A DNA stretch of 64,000 bases from Eledone cirrhosa (GCA_964016885.1 OZ024742.1:239010001-239074000), one strand, 5' to 3'; positions 1-12,676 are shown, numbered from the stretch's first letter. Numbers and translations are program-made. The notes: generated by a model from the letters alone, not told the origin.

Positions 1-760
1 ACATGCCAGACAACAACACGACGGTAACATAAACAACATAGAAATTAGAATAATATCTAAACATAGAAATGACCTAGCAGATAGGCAAATCAGAGAGGCC
101 AGCGAAATAGAACTTAGAAGGCCAAGGCTAAACAGAAAAAATGAATGGAATAACAACACCCAAGCAAACAACACTGACCTAAGAGAAGTATAAATAAATA
201 AATAAATAAATACATACACAAGCACAACAAACACATATAAACACACACTAGTAAACTAAGATAGAATACAATAACCAATACACAGTCACCCAAACACGAA
301 CACACATCAAACAAAACACTATACACACACGCAAACGCATGCGCAGAGAAGACAAAAAAATAAACAAATAAATATTAAATAAACAGACTAAATAAAGATG
401 GCGTAGGCATACAATGCAACGGGAGGAAACATAATAGCACCACTGACGATGTTGCAGATGTGCAACGAAAGAACTTTGTTAGACTATATATATGTGTTTG
501 TGTCTATATTGTATCTGTATTTTTGACCGTTGGTCAGTCAATGGTAACATTGAGGACCGAATAAATTAAATTAACCGATATAAAGGACACAGAAGCGAAA
601 ACCAACCAAACAGTGAGTGTGTTCTGTTATTAATTCTGGCAATATTATTACACAAATATGACCCTCCCCAAGTATAACAATATTTGTTTCGACACACGAT
701 TTCATATCAAAAACATCGCAACATCGCAAAACTAATTCAACGCCGTTATATATATATATA
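1..760 (+). mobile_element. Penelope-like element 3' end (GIY-YIG C terminus plus pLTR)
   Basis: Frame from nt 2 reads HARQQHDG...DRQIREASEIELRRPRLNR (GIY-YIG C-terminal RE..I..P.LN motif), followed by a hammerhead at 443; tail 655-745 resembles 9170-9250. Confidence 0.75.
439..480 (+). ncRNA. Minimal type I hammerhead ribozyme motif
   Basis: CTGACGA-T-GTTGCA-gatg-TGCAAC-GAAA-GAACTT-TG: intact core and perfect 6-bp stem II; stem I is weak in this copy. Confidence 0.7.
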
Positions 761-820
761 TATATGGAAAAAATGAAATTTCATTTCTCCCTCTTAGTAC
801 GGCTGATACTTAAATATAAG

Positions 821-1299
821 TATGTATACGTACATACATATATGTATACAGACGTACAGTAGTATGTATATATATATACATACATGCACACATATATATA
901 TGTACGTATGGGTTTACCGAACATTTATTATAATGCTCGGTTTGTTTGTAAACAGACAGCCCGAATTAGTAGCCGTACAGTGTTCGGCAACCACCGTTGC
1001 CATTTTGTTCAACACTGACAAAGGAACGATGAACTAGTTTCTAGCTTATTAGCTGTCATCAGCACCGTATACCTTCCTAATAAGCTAGAAACTAGTTCAT
1101 CGTTCCTTTGTCAGTGTTGAAAAAAATGGCAACGGTGGTTGCCGAACACTGTATGGCTACTAATTCGGGCTGTTTGTTTACAAACAAACCGAGCATTATA
1201 ATAAATGTTCGGTAAACCAATACGTACATATATATATGTGTGCATGTATGTATATATATACATACTACTGTACGTCTGTATACATATATGTATGTACGT

Positions 1300-1306
<7 letters not shown>
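821..1306. repeat. Fold-back palindrome, about 230-bp arms, 24-nt spacer
   Basis: 821-1052 is the near-perfect reverse complement of 1077-1306; right end abuts (TA)n. Confidence 0.95.
1026..1068 (-). ncRNA. Minimal type I hammerhead ribozyme
   Basis: Minus strand ACGGTG-CTGATGA-C-AGCT-aata-AGCT-A-GAAA-CTAG-TT-CATCGT: 6-bp stem I (one G-U), intact core, palindromic ACUAGU stem III, GUU cleavage triplet. Confidence 0.8.
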
Positions 1307-1350
<44 letters not shown>

Positions 1351-2165
1351 GACAGGGGGGAAGAAAAAATGGCTTCACTTGTGCTTTTATAAATTAAGTT
1401 GTTGGTTGTTGGTTAGGTCTTAGGAGTTCTTGGTTAACGTAGGAGGTATTGTTTCGTTTTTAGAAAGACCTTTCACGCTGAGATGCGCTTGTCAAACTGA
1501 TGTGTATGTGGTGTGTTGTTCTATATATAGGGATTTAACATGTCTGTGGTGTGGTGGGGGTTTCTTTTCTCCCCCTTTAATAAGTGCATGGGTGTAGGTG
1601 TGTTGAAAAAGTGTTCATAGCAGTAATGAGTTGAGACGGTGAGTAGGGCTGGGTGGGGAGAAATGTAGCAAGTGCGGCCTGCCCCGGTCATTCTCGAAAA
1701 ATTCCTTTATTCAGGGGAAAAAGCTTTTAGTATTGCTTTTGTGTTGAGAATGGTCACGGGCAAATCGCACCTGCCAAGCTTGTGAATAATTCTTTTTTTC
1801 TTTTTTTCCTGAAGAATTTTTCTACGTCCATCCCAAAGTTAGTCCTTTGTTCAATACACACACATGTGCGCATATATGTACATACACACACGGGCATATG
1901 TAGGAATATATAGGCACACACCATCAATCACACACCCATGCACAAATACATCCACATACATACACAAAAACATATAGAGACATATATAAAAACACACATA
2001 TACATACGTACACACACGAATATGTACTCATACCTCCACATGGGTATATATACATACATACATACACACACATATACACATATACATACATACATATGTA
2101 TATATACATATATACATACATATACACATACACACACATACACACACACACATATATATATATAT

Positions 2166-2208
<43 letters not shown>

Positions 2209-2290
2209 TACATACATATACATACATACATATACATACATATACACACATAAAGATACATAACTAAATATACATATATACACATAAACG

Positions 2291-2368
<78 letters not shown>

Positions 2369-2467
2369 TATTTCCGTATATATACCCCTCCGTTCACACA
2401 TACATGCATGCACACACACACATACACACATACATCTATATAAATATACACATATAAAGAGAGAGGC

Positions 2468-2532
<65 letters not shown>

Positions 2533-2740
2533 TACAAACATACACACATCCATACATATATATACACACACACACACACACATACACACACCCACATACA
2601 TATATACCCACACGTACATACATCCATACATCCCTACACACATATATGTGTGTGTCTCACCGTTTACTCAGATATTCATGTGTATACATAAGAAGAGGGG
2701 GGGGGCGTAGTGAAATGGAATTTTACCTCCGAGTGTTAAT

Positions 2741-2972
2741 TCATTTTTTCGTGTTCAGTAGTGGTTTAAATTTTTCAATGAAGAATTCTTCTTTATATCT
2801 GCGGAAATGTTCGTTATCCGACCATATCTTGAAGAAAGGGAAGATTGTGAATTTTCCCTTCCCGCATGATGCAAAGTGTGCGCTACATGTGGTATTTCTG
2901 ACTGTGGGGTCTTTAATCTGTTGTTTATGTACCCGGACTCTATCATGTAATCCCGTTCCGGTTTCCCCTGGA
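2741..2972 (-). mobile_element. PLE GIY-YIG endonuclease C-terminal half (inverted fragment)
   Basis: GETGTGLHDRVRVHKQQI...HFASC...RRYKEEFFIEKFKPLLN. Confidence 0.85.
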
Positions 2973-2989
2973 ACAGAAGCCAAACAGAC

Positions 2990-3292
2990 CTACAAAAATT
3001 TTATTCGATCCTAAACAGGCTTCATGAAGCTATACAATTCACTATGGAATGTAACGAAAAGGAACTGCCCTTTCTAGATATCCTCATCATCAAAGGAGGG
3101 GAAAATATCATAACGGACCTATTTTGCAAACCCACTGACACACACCAATACTTAAATTTCCTCATCGAAGAGGGCAAACAGTTGTCCTTCAAAAACCATG
3201 ATAATTTCAAGGTCAATGCTAACATGAACTGCAAAACGAAAAACCTAATATATTGCGCAACATGTCCACAGTGTAAAGAGTATTACATTGGG
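2990..3292 (+). mobile_element. PLE RT thumb fused by deletion to GIY-YIG N-terminal half
   Basis: MECNEKELPFLDILIIK...TDLFCKPTDTHQYLNF (PLE RT LPFLD and KPT motifs), then NCKTKNLIYCATCPQCKEYYIG. Confidence 0.88.
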
Positions 3293-3312
3293 TATATATG
3301 TATGTGGGTGTG

Positions 3313-3352
<40 letters not shown>

Positions 3353-3372
3353 TGGATGTGTGTATGTTTGTA

Positions 3373-3424
<52 letters not shown>

Positions 3425-3691
3425 GAAAGTTATATTTAAACTGTTGGGTTAACAACGAGTAAATATTTATATTTCTCTCTGTTTCTTTACATGAAGTTCT
3501 TCTCTTTATCTATCTTTCTATATCTCTCTATTTAGTCACATGCATTTCTTCTTTTTCTTCGTTTCTCTTTCTTTCTTTCTTTCTCTTTTTCTTTTTACAA
3601 CTGTCCACAATATTTTTTACTGCCAAATCAACCTCCCAAATGCAAGGTGATTGAAAGGTATGTCGTATCTATTTATTTATAAGACTGTTTA

Positions 3692-3750
3692 TATTGTCTG
3701 AAGAAGGCATAACATATTGTTAATATGATATCCCTGAAATATATATAACG
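3692..3750 (+). ncRNA. Hammerhead-like motif, older copy of the 4797 family
   Basis: CTGAAGA-AGGCATAACATATT-gtt-AATATGATATCCCT-GAAA-TATA-TA; stem I imperfect. Confidence 0.5.
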
Positions 3751-3795
3751 AAATAAATATGGTTTTATAAATATAGTTTCCATTTATTTAATATC

Positions 3796-3891
<96 letters not shown>

Positions 3892-3948
3892 GTGTATATA
3901 TGTGTATATGTACATGTATGTATGTGTATGTTTGTATATATATGTGTG

Positions 3949-3984
<36 letters not shown>

Positions 3985-4243
3985 TATATGGATAGATGTG
4001 TATGTTTATGTGTGTGCGTATGTATGTGTATGTACCTATATATATGTATGTGCATATATGTATATATGTGTGTACATATGTGTATGTTTCTGTTTGTGTA
4101 TATGTATGTATGTATGTAGATGTATGTGTATATATATGTATATATATGTGTATGTGTATATGTCTTTATGTGCTCGTGTGTACGCACATATATATATATA
4201 TATGTATGTGTGTATGTATGTGTGTGTATGTGTATATATATGT

Positions 4244-4335
<92 letters not shown>

Positions 4336-4396
4336 ATGTACATGTATGTGTATGTATGTATGTGTGTATGTATGTACTTGTATGTGTATGTGTATG

Positions 4397-4433
<37 letters not shown>

Positions 4434-4488
4434 ATATGTATGTGTGTATATATATGTATATGGATATATATGTATGTGTATATGTGTG

Positions 4489-4556
<68 letters not shown>

Positions 4557-4640
4557 AAGTTATATTTAAAATTGTTGGGTTACAACTAGTAAATATTTAT
4601 AACTGATATAAAAGCACTCGACAAATATTTGGAGTATATT

Positions 4641-4896
4641 TACAATATTAAATAAATGGAAAACTATATTTATAAAACCATATCTATTTCATTATATATA
4701 TTTCGGGGATATCATATTAACAATATGCTATGCCTTCATCAGACAAAATACAATATAAACAGTTTTATCTATAAAACTGTTTATATTGTATTTTGTCTGA
4801 TGAAGGCATAGCATATTGTTAATATGATATCCCCGAAATATATATAATGAAATAGATATGGTTTTATAAATATAGTTTTCCATTTATTTAATATTG

Positions 4897-4898
<2 letters not shown>
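4641..4898. repeat. Palindrome with 128-bp arms and 2-nt spacer, one hammerhead-like motif per arm
   Basis: 4641-4768 versus 4771-4898, no mismatch seen; CTGATGA-stem II-GAAA-TATATA at 4797-4845 (+) mirrored at 4694-4742 (-). Confidence 0.93.
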
Positions 4899-4939
<41 letters not shown>

Positions 4940-5055
4940 GCCTCTCTCTTTATATGTGTATATATATATAGATGTATGTGTGTATGCATGTATGTGTGAA
5001 CGGAGGGGTATATATACGGACATATGTATATGCGTGTGTGTGTGTGTGTATACAC

Positions 5056-5120
<65 letters not shown>

Positions 5121-5202
5121 CGTGTATGTGTATATATGTATATTTAGTTATGTATCTTTATGTGTGTATATGTATGTATATGTATGTATGTATATGTATG
5201 TA

Positions 5203-5281
<79 letters not shown>

Positions 5282-6214
5282 ATGTGTGTGTATGTGTATA
5301 TGTATGTATATATGTATATATATATATGTATGTATGTATATGTGTATATGTGTGTGTATGTATGTATGTATATATACCCATGTGGAGGTATGAGTACATA
5401 TTCGTGTGTGTACGTATGTATATGTGTGTTTTTATATGTGTCTCTATATGTTTTTGTGTATGTATGTGGATGTATTTGTGCATGGGTGTGTGATTGATGG
5501 TGTGTGCCTATATATTCCTACATATGCCCGTGTGTGTATGTACATATATGCGCACATATATGTGTGTTGAACAAAGGACTAACTTTGGGATGGACGTAGA
5601 AAAATTCTTCAGGAAAAAAAGAAAAAAAGAATTATTCACAAGCTTGGCAGGTGCGATTTGCCCGTGACCATTCTCAACACAAAAGCAATACTAAAAGCTT
5701 TTTCCCCTGAATAAAGGAATTTTTCGAGAATGACCGGGGCAGGCCGCACTTGCTACATTTCTCCCCACCCAGCCCTACTCACCGTCTCAACTCATTACTG
5801 CTATGAACACTTTTTCAACACACCTACACCCATGCACTTATTAAAGGGGGAGAAAAGAAACCCCCACCACACCACAGACATGTTAAATCCCTATATATAG
5901 AACAACACACCACATACACATCAGTTTGACAAGCGCACCTCAGCGTGAAAGGTCTTTCTAAAAACGAAACAATACCTCCTACGTTAACCAAGAACTCCTA
6001 AGACCTAACCAACAACCAACAACTTAATTTATAAAATAATTTTTTTTAAGAAAAATTCTTTTTGGATTTTGTGAAGAAAATAAATTTGTTGAAAGCACAA
6101 GTGAAACCATTTTTTCTTCCCCCCTGTCTTAATATACCTAACTGTACCAAGGATTACACACATTTTCCAATATATATATATATATATATACATATATGTA
6201 TGTACGTATACATA

Positions 6215-6311
<97 letters not shown>

Positions 6312-6320
6312 GTATACATA

Positions 6321-6368
<48 letters not shown>

Positions 6369-6766
6369 TAACAGATTAAAGTTTAAGCAAAGAATCGCTG
6401 CTTTCACCCTCAACGGGATCTTCTGAAACTAACAAAGTCAATCTGTAAACGCAGAAGTGGATATTTCAAAAAAAGTTGCAACCGGAGGAAGACAGGAAGA
6501 CGATACTTTGGTTCGTGGAAACGTTCCCTGGCAAAGAACGGGAAAAAACGAATATAATACGTCATTAATAATACGTCATTAATAATACGTCATATTAGGA
6601 GCGGTGAAAAACAATTACGCGCAAAGACAGAACCACGTTTATGGTATAAAAGAAGTCGTAGACTAATGTTCTCTTAGATGGTTCAGAGAGACGTTCTCTG
6701 GCAATGAACGGAAAAAACGAAGATAATACGTCATATGTGGAGCGTGGAGAACAATGGCACGCAAAG

Positions 6767-6823
<57 letters not shown>

Positions 6824-6933
6824 TAACAGATTAAAGTTTAATCTGTTATTTTAATAAATATTTGCTCTACGGTTCTTATATATTTATCCTTATCGAGCCC
6901 TCTTTGGATTTTAGTCTTCAAATTTATTATTAT

Positions 6934-6971
<38 letters not shown>

Positions 6972-7080
6972 GAGTACAAATATTTTTGCATACACAATAA
7001 CAAAATATAAACAAACGTATTTATTTCACGAGGCTCGATAAGGATAAATATATATCAAATATATAAAAACCCTAGAGCAA

Positions 7081-7111
7081 ATCCCGAGCAACGCCGGGCC
7101 ATTCTGCTAGT
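7081..7111 (+). mobile_element. Helitron 3' terminus
   Basis: CCCGAGCAACGCCGGG hairpin, then CCATTCTG-CTAG|T; same end motif as 45439-45465. Confidence 0.7.
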
Positions 7112-7149
7112 TATATCTATTTATCAATCTGTTTTGGAAAATCCTAAAA

Positions 7150-7480
7150 ATACCGTGATCTGTCAGCCAACTACATTTTCCAGCCTGTGGTATTTGAGAC
7201 GTTTGGGGGAGTCGGGCTACTGACTGCGAGATTCCTATCTTCACTGGCGACTCGCCTAACGGAGGTAAGTGGTGAGCTCGTGAGGGCGCTTGGTTGTTCC
7301 AGCGCATCAGCCTCGCCATCACACGAGGTAACGCCGCGAGCATGCTGGCTTGCCTAAAAAATTATTAAAGAGGTTTCCCAGTGCTCCCCGCGATATCTTT
7401 TACTCTGGTAGCGGCCCAGTTGTACACCCCTTTCGCCTGCCGTTTGTTGTGTGGTCCCAGATGTGTGTGCTAACCGCTTC
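7150..7480 (+). mobile_element. CRE-like (restriction-like endonuclease) non-LTR retrotransposon 3' fragment
   Basis: YIFQPVVFETFGGVG..ARFLSSLATRL, frameshift, then WLFQRISLAITRGNAASML, the typical RLE C terminus of CRE-type elements; followed by a T-rich tract. Confidence 0.75.
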
Positions 7481-7685
7481 TGTGCTTTTTTTCTTTTTTC
7501 TTTTTTCTTTTTTCTTTCTTCTTTTTTCTTTTTTCTTTTTTCTTTTTTTTTCTTTTTTCTTTTTTCTTTCTTTTTTTTTTGTTTTCCCTTTCCTTTATAT
7601 CATATTTGTTTGTGTTTTCGTTCTATAAGCATTGTATTATATTTCTTTTTATACAACAGTGAGTAAAAATGAAATACGAATGATT

Positions 7686-7778
<93 letters not shown>

Positions 7779-8378
7779 TAAATATCTTTAAGTCGTTTGG
7801 AAGCCTCGACAATGCAAATGGGTAAATCTCCGGGTAACAAGATCCGGTGGTGGAGAGAGAGATGTAAGTGGGTGTACGTTGGGATGCGTGGTGTGTATAA
7901 GACGTGTAGAGGAATGAAGTAAAGAGTATAAAGGATAAAATTAAAATAACAACACGAGAGAGAGTTACCTTGGGAGAGATTTAATTGTCCCTATATATTT
8001 CGGATTCACATCCATCAACTGCGGTTTTTTTCCGGGGTGGGGGAAAGGTTGTCTGTCGGAAAGGTTCGAAACGCGTCCTCCGCTGTTTGTTGTTTTGAAT
8101 ATCTGAGGTATTCAGCAGAGCGCGCGTGCGCGTGAAATGGGGTCGGTCGGGCAGAGGTCAGCGGCCCAATGAGGGAGTGGGGTGGCGCTAGCTGTCAGTC
8201 CGTTCTCTGCCTGTTTGTTAAATGTTACTGTGTGTGTGTGTGCGTGTGTTGTTGCCTTGTTCCTCTGTATTGGCAGTGTAGTATGTTCGTATGGTGGAAT
8301 GCTACTGTGTGTGTGTGCGTGTGTAGTTGTCTCGTTTGTGTGTGTGTGTGTGAGTGTGTTGCTGCATCATTTGTTAAC

Positions 8379-8725
8379 TTAAACCAGCCACTTCATTTCG
8401 CTTCTCCCGGATCGATTGTTTATTTGCGGTGCCAGACGTTTGATAAAAAGCGCTTCCTTGATACGTAACGTGCCGACGTTTCTTTCAGTCGCTAGAATTG
8501 TGACAATGGGCCTTCCGTCTTTGTGTCCGCATTTGTCTATGTGTTTCCGGAAAGACGAGGCCCTAGTTTTAGTGTGTTCCTTGATCCGGATGTGCAAAGG
8601 TCGGATTGTGTTACCTATATAGTATTGGTTGCACCTGTCACATTCTATCTTATACACGACGTATGTGCGTAGGCAACAGTTCGCATGGCGTATCGGGCAG
8701 TCTCTGAGGGAGCACGCGTCAGTAG
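8379..8725 (-). mobile_element. PLE GIY-YIG endonuclease fragment
   Basis: VYKIECDRCNQYYIGNTIRPLHIRIKEH...LRIKEALFIKRLAPQINNR with an upstream Cys pair. Confidence 0.9.
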
Positions 8726-8738
8726 ATTTCCCGGGTTT

Positions 8739-8802
<64 letters not shown>

Positions 8803-8809
<7 letters not shown>

Positions 8810-9199
8810 ATACTTTGTGAGGGTCATGTTGCCAATAAGAAACGCACGCACCAGTTGCTTTCACTCCAATTTATTATAAATTAAATTTATAAATTTATAA
8901 ATTTCCGGTTGGTTGGTTGGTTGGTTCCACAACCGGGCGGTTGTTCATATATTGTCAAAGTTCTTTCGTCACTCATTCTGTGACCTCTTCAGTGACTGGG
9001 GATTCTTTTCTTTGTTTTGTGCCTCTCCTTTATTTTGTCCAGAATGTGTGACGAAAGAACTTTGACAATATATGGTTGTGGAACCAACCAACCAACCGGA
9101 AATTTATAAATTTATAAATTTAATTTATAATAAATTGGAGTGAAACAACTGGTGCGTGTGTTACTTGTTGGCAACATAACCCTCCCAAAGTATAACAAT
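8803..9199. repeat. Fold-back palindrome between (TA)n tracts (PLE pLTR-derived)
   Basis: 8803-8980 versus 9040-9199 reverse-complementary with some divergence and a short indel. Confidence 0.9.
8954..8996 (-). ncRNA. Minimal type I hammerhead ribozyme
   Basis: Minus strand GTCA-CTGAAGA-G-GTCAC-agaatga-GTGAC-GAAA-GAACTT-TGAC: stems I and II perfect; same GAAAGAACUUUG as the 443 motif with a different stem II sequence. Confidence 0.8.
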
Positions 9200-9255
9200 A
9201 TCGGTTTCAACACACGTTTTCAGATAAAGAATCTTGCTAAACAAATTCAGAAACG

Positions 9256-9352
<97 letters not shown>

Positions 9353-10374
9353 TAATTGAATAATATGTAAAGACTAGACCATCAGTTTATATGTCAACAA
9401 TAAATAAAACATCATTTTCATTATAGTAAATGAATAAAATAGTTACAAAAGTAATGTTTGATTGTCAGTTGATGACAACGTTAGACATGATAATAAGGGT
9501 TTTACGGTAAAATTGTGGATGCCACACCCAGTAACTGTAACCTCAATGATAATGTTTCTTTAGAAAACAAAGTTTCTTCTTGGTTTACGTGTTAGAAAAT
9601 AGTTTCTTTTTTCTCTTTTTCTTTTCCTCCGTAGTTTCTTCTGTACTCACACGTTTGTGTAATGACACGTAATACACAAATTTAACAAATCTGCACGGTT
9701 TTTCGTGTGTTTATTTCTTTATCCCCAATTATGTTTTATATGGCTTCAGTGGCATAGCTAAAGTTTATGCCGTCCGGGAAGTCCTTAAATTTCTCTATCC
9801 CCCGCACCGCATCCTCATGAAAAATTATATTAAAAAATCAAATGTACTTAAACAAAATGTTCCACCCCATCTAACTATACTACTGTATGGTTTACTCTAT
9901 TTAATTCTAAATTAACACTATAAATATGTACAGTAGAGAACTGCTTAACTGACCACTGTTCGTTAGCTTACAGTGTTAGGTTTAGACTGGATGGGAGTAG
10001 ATTCTACTTGGTGAACTTGCCGTAGATACATCTACGTGGGAAAAGATTATTCCCACTTTTTTCTGTATGTAAAAATTTGCCAACTAATCTGTAGGCTTGG
10101 TTAGGCTATACTATACTGATGAGATCTAATAGACTGAAACAAATAGGGTTGCCAGATCAATTTAATAAAAAAAAAAATAGCAATTCTGGTTAGAAAGTAG
10201 TCTCCAGATAAAAAGTTGATACTAAATTAAAGATATATATATACAAAAATTGCCTGTGGGTCGATTCTAATTTATTTAGTTGATAATCTAATATTCAAAA
10301 CGATTCTTATTTTTAAGAATTAAAATTTTCCAAGTAGTAAGTTGCTCAAGTTAAATATATAATCCTGAAAAATA

Positions 10375-11370
10375 GTGTGATATGTTGCTCGTCTACCAAG
10401 ATATTGTCAAGGCAGGAACTGGTGCGCCACTTTACCTTGTCCATCTTTCTCAGAATGGCTTTGAGCACAGTAACCATGATCTTTGGTGCCGAATTCAACC
10501 AGAACCCCAGCCTGGTCAGGCTGATGCTGCTACAGTTTCTTTACTACATATACCTGCAGATATGCCAACGTTAAGTCAGCAATGGAGGAGGCCTTCATCA
10601 TTTGTCTCCACTCTCACAAGAATTCCCTGCAGACATCTGTAACCTTACTGCCTGTCTTCGTTCAGTTCATGAAAGTCCAGCACCAGCCTGACCTTGTTCT
10701 TCATTGGTTGCACTACTGCCATTAGCAACAACATTCCACTCTTTATTTCCTCCTTGCAAGGGATTAATATGACCTCCTTGATCCATCTTTGCACCTCTCC
10801 CTTGCTTCTAGTATCCCCTTTTAGGGTATGCTGATAGCAACTCACTTTGTTCTTCAACATCAGGGGCTCTCCTTTCTGGTACCACTCAACTATCCACCAC
10901 TAGCTGTTGAACACAGCCCAGAAATCCTTGTCTTATATGGTATGAACAGCTCATTTTTCTTCATGGCTTTCCCTGTTCCCCTGTTGCACACTCACAGCAC
11001 ATGGTCTTCCCACAAAACCAAATGTTACATCGTCCTCATTCACTGTAATGCCTCCTAAGCCAATCGCATCCATGCCCATTATCACATCAATTCCATTCAC
11101 CACGTGATCAATCATGATCGCACTCAGCCTTATAATCCTCGTACCGCCATCCCCACCTCACTCCTACCTCTGCATCTAATCACTCTACTGTCAACTGCCC
11201 TTACACTACCCCTCCGCTCTACTTTTTAACCAGCTCCAGGGTCACTCAGGTCGTTGTGCAGCCCTTATCCACAAGGGACCTTGACAGCTTCCCTGCCCCA
11301 CCAGAACCTCCACTATAGGTAGCTACTGCAAGAGCGCCTCTACTCGCTTCCATTCATGACTATCCCTGCA
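10375..11370 (-). mobile_element. Degenerate Gypsy-type LTR retrotransposon pol fragment (protease and RT)
   Basis: LVDKGCTTT (protease-site-like), MAVVQPMKNKVRLVLDFHELN, LTRLGFWLNSAPKIM; stops and frameshifts, no LTR seen. Confidence 0.75.
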
Positions 11371-11499
11371 CTTCTGGCTCCCTAGTCCCATGGACATATT
11401 TATTGGTAGACATGGAATACTACAAATCAATGTAATAAACATGTCAAAAATATGGAACATTTCATAAGAACAAGCATAATGTTTTTATTAACATTATTT

Positions 11500-11682
11500 T
11501 GGCAGTATCGGTAGAAAGCCGGATGCCAAGCTTTGCAGCATAGAGTTATGGTCCTTTATGGTCTGAGTTCAAATTATGCCGAGGTTAATTTTGCCTTTTA
11601 TCCTTACGGGGTCGATAGAATAAAGCACTAGTAATAAACTGGGATAATTGCTGGCCTTGTGCCAAAAGTAGAAACAATTATT
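11500..11682 (+). mobile_element. tRNA-derived SINE family A
   Basis: A box TGGCAGTATCGG, B-box-like GAGTTCAAAT, shared body TTTGCCTTT..CCTTACGGGGTCGATA. Confidence 0.85.
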
Positions 11683-11856
11683 TTAATATAGAAAATTCAT
11701 AGTAAGTTAGTTCATTGTACGTATGTGTCAGGTGTAGCTGTAAAAGTGGGAAAGAGAGAGTAAGAGATAAAGGGATTAACAGAAATAAAAATTACCATCT
11801 CTGGTCAAGAGATCAGACAAATATCAGTCTTGTTACTTACCATCCTAATATTGCAG

Positions 11857-12623
11857 ACTCAGTGAGAAGAAGCAAGTTGACTACCAAGAAAAAGACCTAC
11901 CATTAAGATGCTAAGATGGTGGGTGCATGATTTTGCCACACATTTAAGCTTATGTAAATTTCTAAACTTTTTCTTAATCGGTCATAATATATGTTAGTTA
12001 TATAGATGCTGGATTAGTAGAATTGTTAGAGTCAGACAGTAAGGCCCTTGTTTACTTTTACTACAGATCTTTATTGGCTAAACAACGTTTTTGTTTGGGA
12101 TTTTTCTTAATCGATTTACTGATAAAAACCTTTTGAATTAGGAGAAATTCTAGAATTTCAATGAGAACAGAAAAAAAATCTCTCTTTAGTTTTCAGGGGA
12201 TAGTCACATGTCAACCAACTGCTGCAAAAGACCATATTTTGAATATATTATCAAATATTTCAGATGATTTTTTGGGGGGTAATATGACCAGATGAGAGAT
12301 CACAGCTCTGCTACTATGAGCATGTGATTAGAATGTCTCAGGAAAGAATCACTGGACAGATTTTATGGGCAAAAGCAACCGGCAGGAGATCCAGGAGTAG
12401 ACCTCGAGCAAGATGGTTGGATAACATCCATAAGCTTGGCTGGTCTCACTTGGAGATCCAGCAAAATCAGTTAGAAAAGGTTGCTTCTGACAGGACCTGC
12501 TAGAAGGAGTGTTTGAGGACACAGGAATAAGTGGGCAAAGAAGAAGACATTGTATATCACAATTCATCCTATGGAATGAGAGCTCTGTCAACTTCGAATA
12601 TTTTTTACCAAGTTTCAGCTACA

Positions 12624-12676
<53 letters not shown>

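Larger units (their letters stand above)
1346..6133. repeat. Long inverted duplication (about 1.2-kb arms) enclosing PLE fragments and microsatellites
   Basis: 1346-~2520 is the near-identical reverse complement of ~4900-6133; the right arm has about 60 extra nt near 6033-6092. Confidence 0.93.
1860..9352. repeat. Dense (TA)n/(CA)n/(TATG)n compound microsatellite fields
   Basis: Visible at about 1930-2650, 3290-3420, 3795-4555, 4900-5500, 6170-6362, 6772-6818, 7692-7776, 8741-8804 and 9259-9352; source of the YIYI/VCVC ORFs. Confidence 0.97.

Noticed and set aside
6390-6428. Minus-strand CAGAAGA-TCCC-gttga-GGGT-GAAA hammerhead-like motif
   Set aside because: Core U4 and the NUH triplet are both broken and no stem I is evident.
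7485-7595. Phe-rich membrane-protein-like ORFs
   Set aside because: Translations of a T-rich low-complexity tract.
7985-8080. Partial hammerhead signatures (GAAACGCGTC near 8068 on +; GGAT-gtga-ATCC-GAAA-TATATA on -)
   Set aside because: No CUGANGA box or stem I at the right distance; at most decayed remnants.
1924-9355. Many YIYI/VCVC/HTHT ORFs
   Set aside because: Translations of dinucleotide microsatellites.
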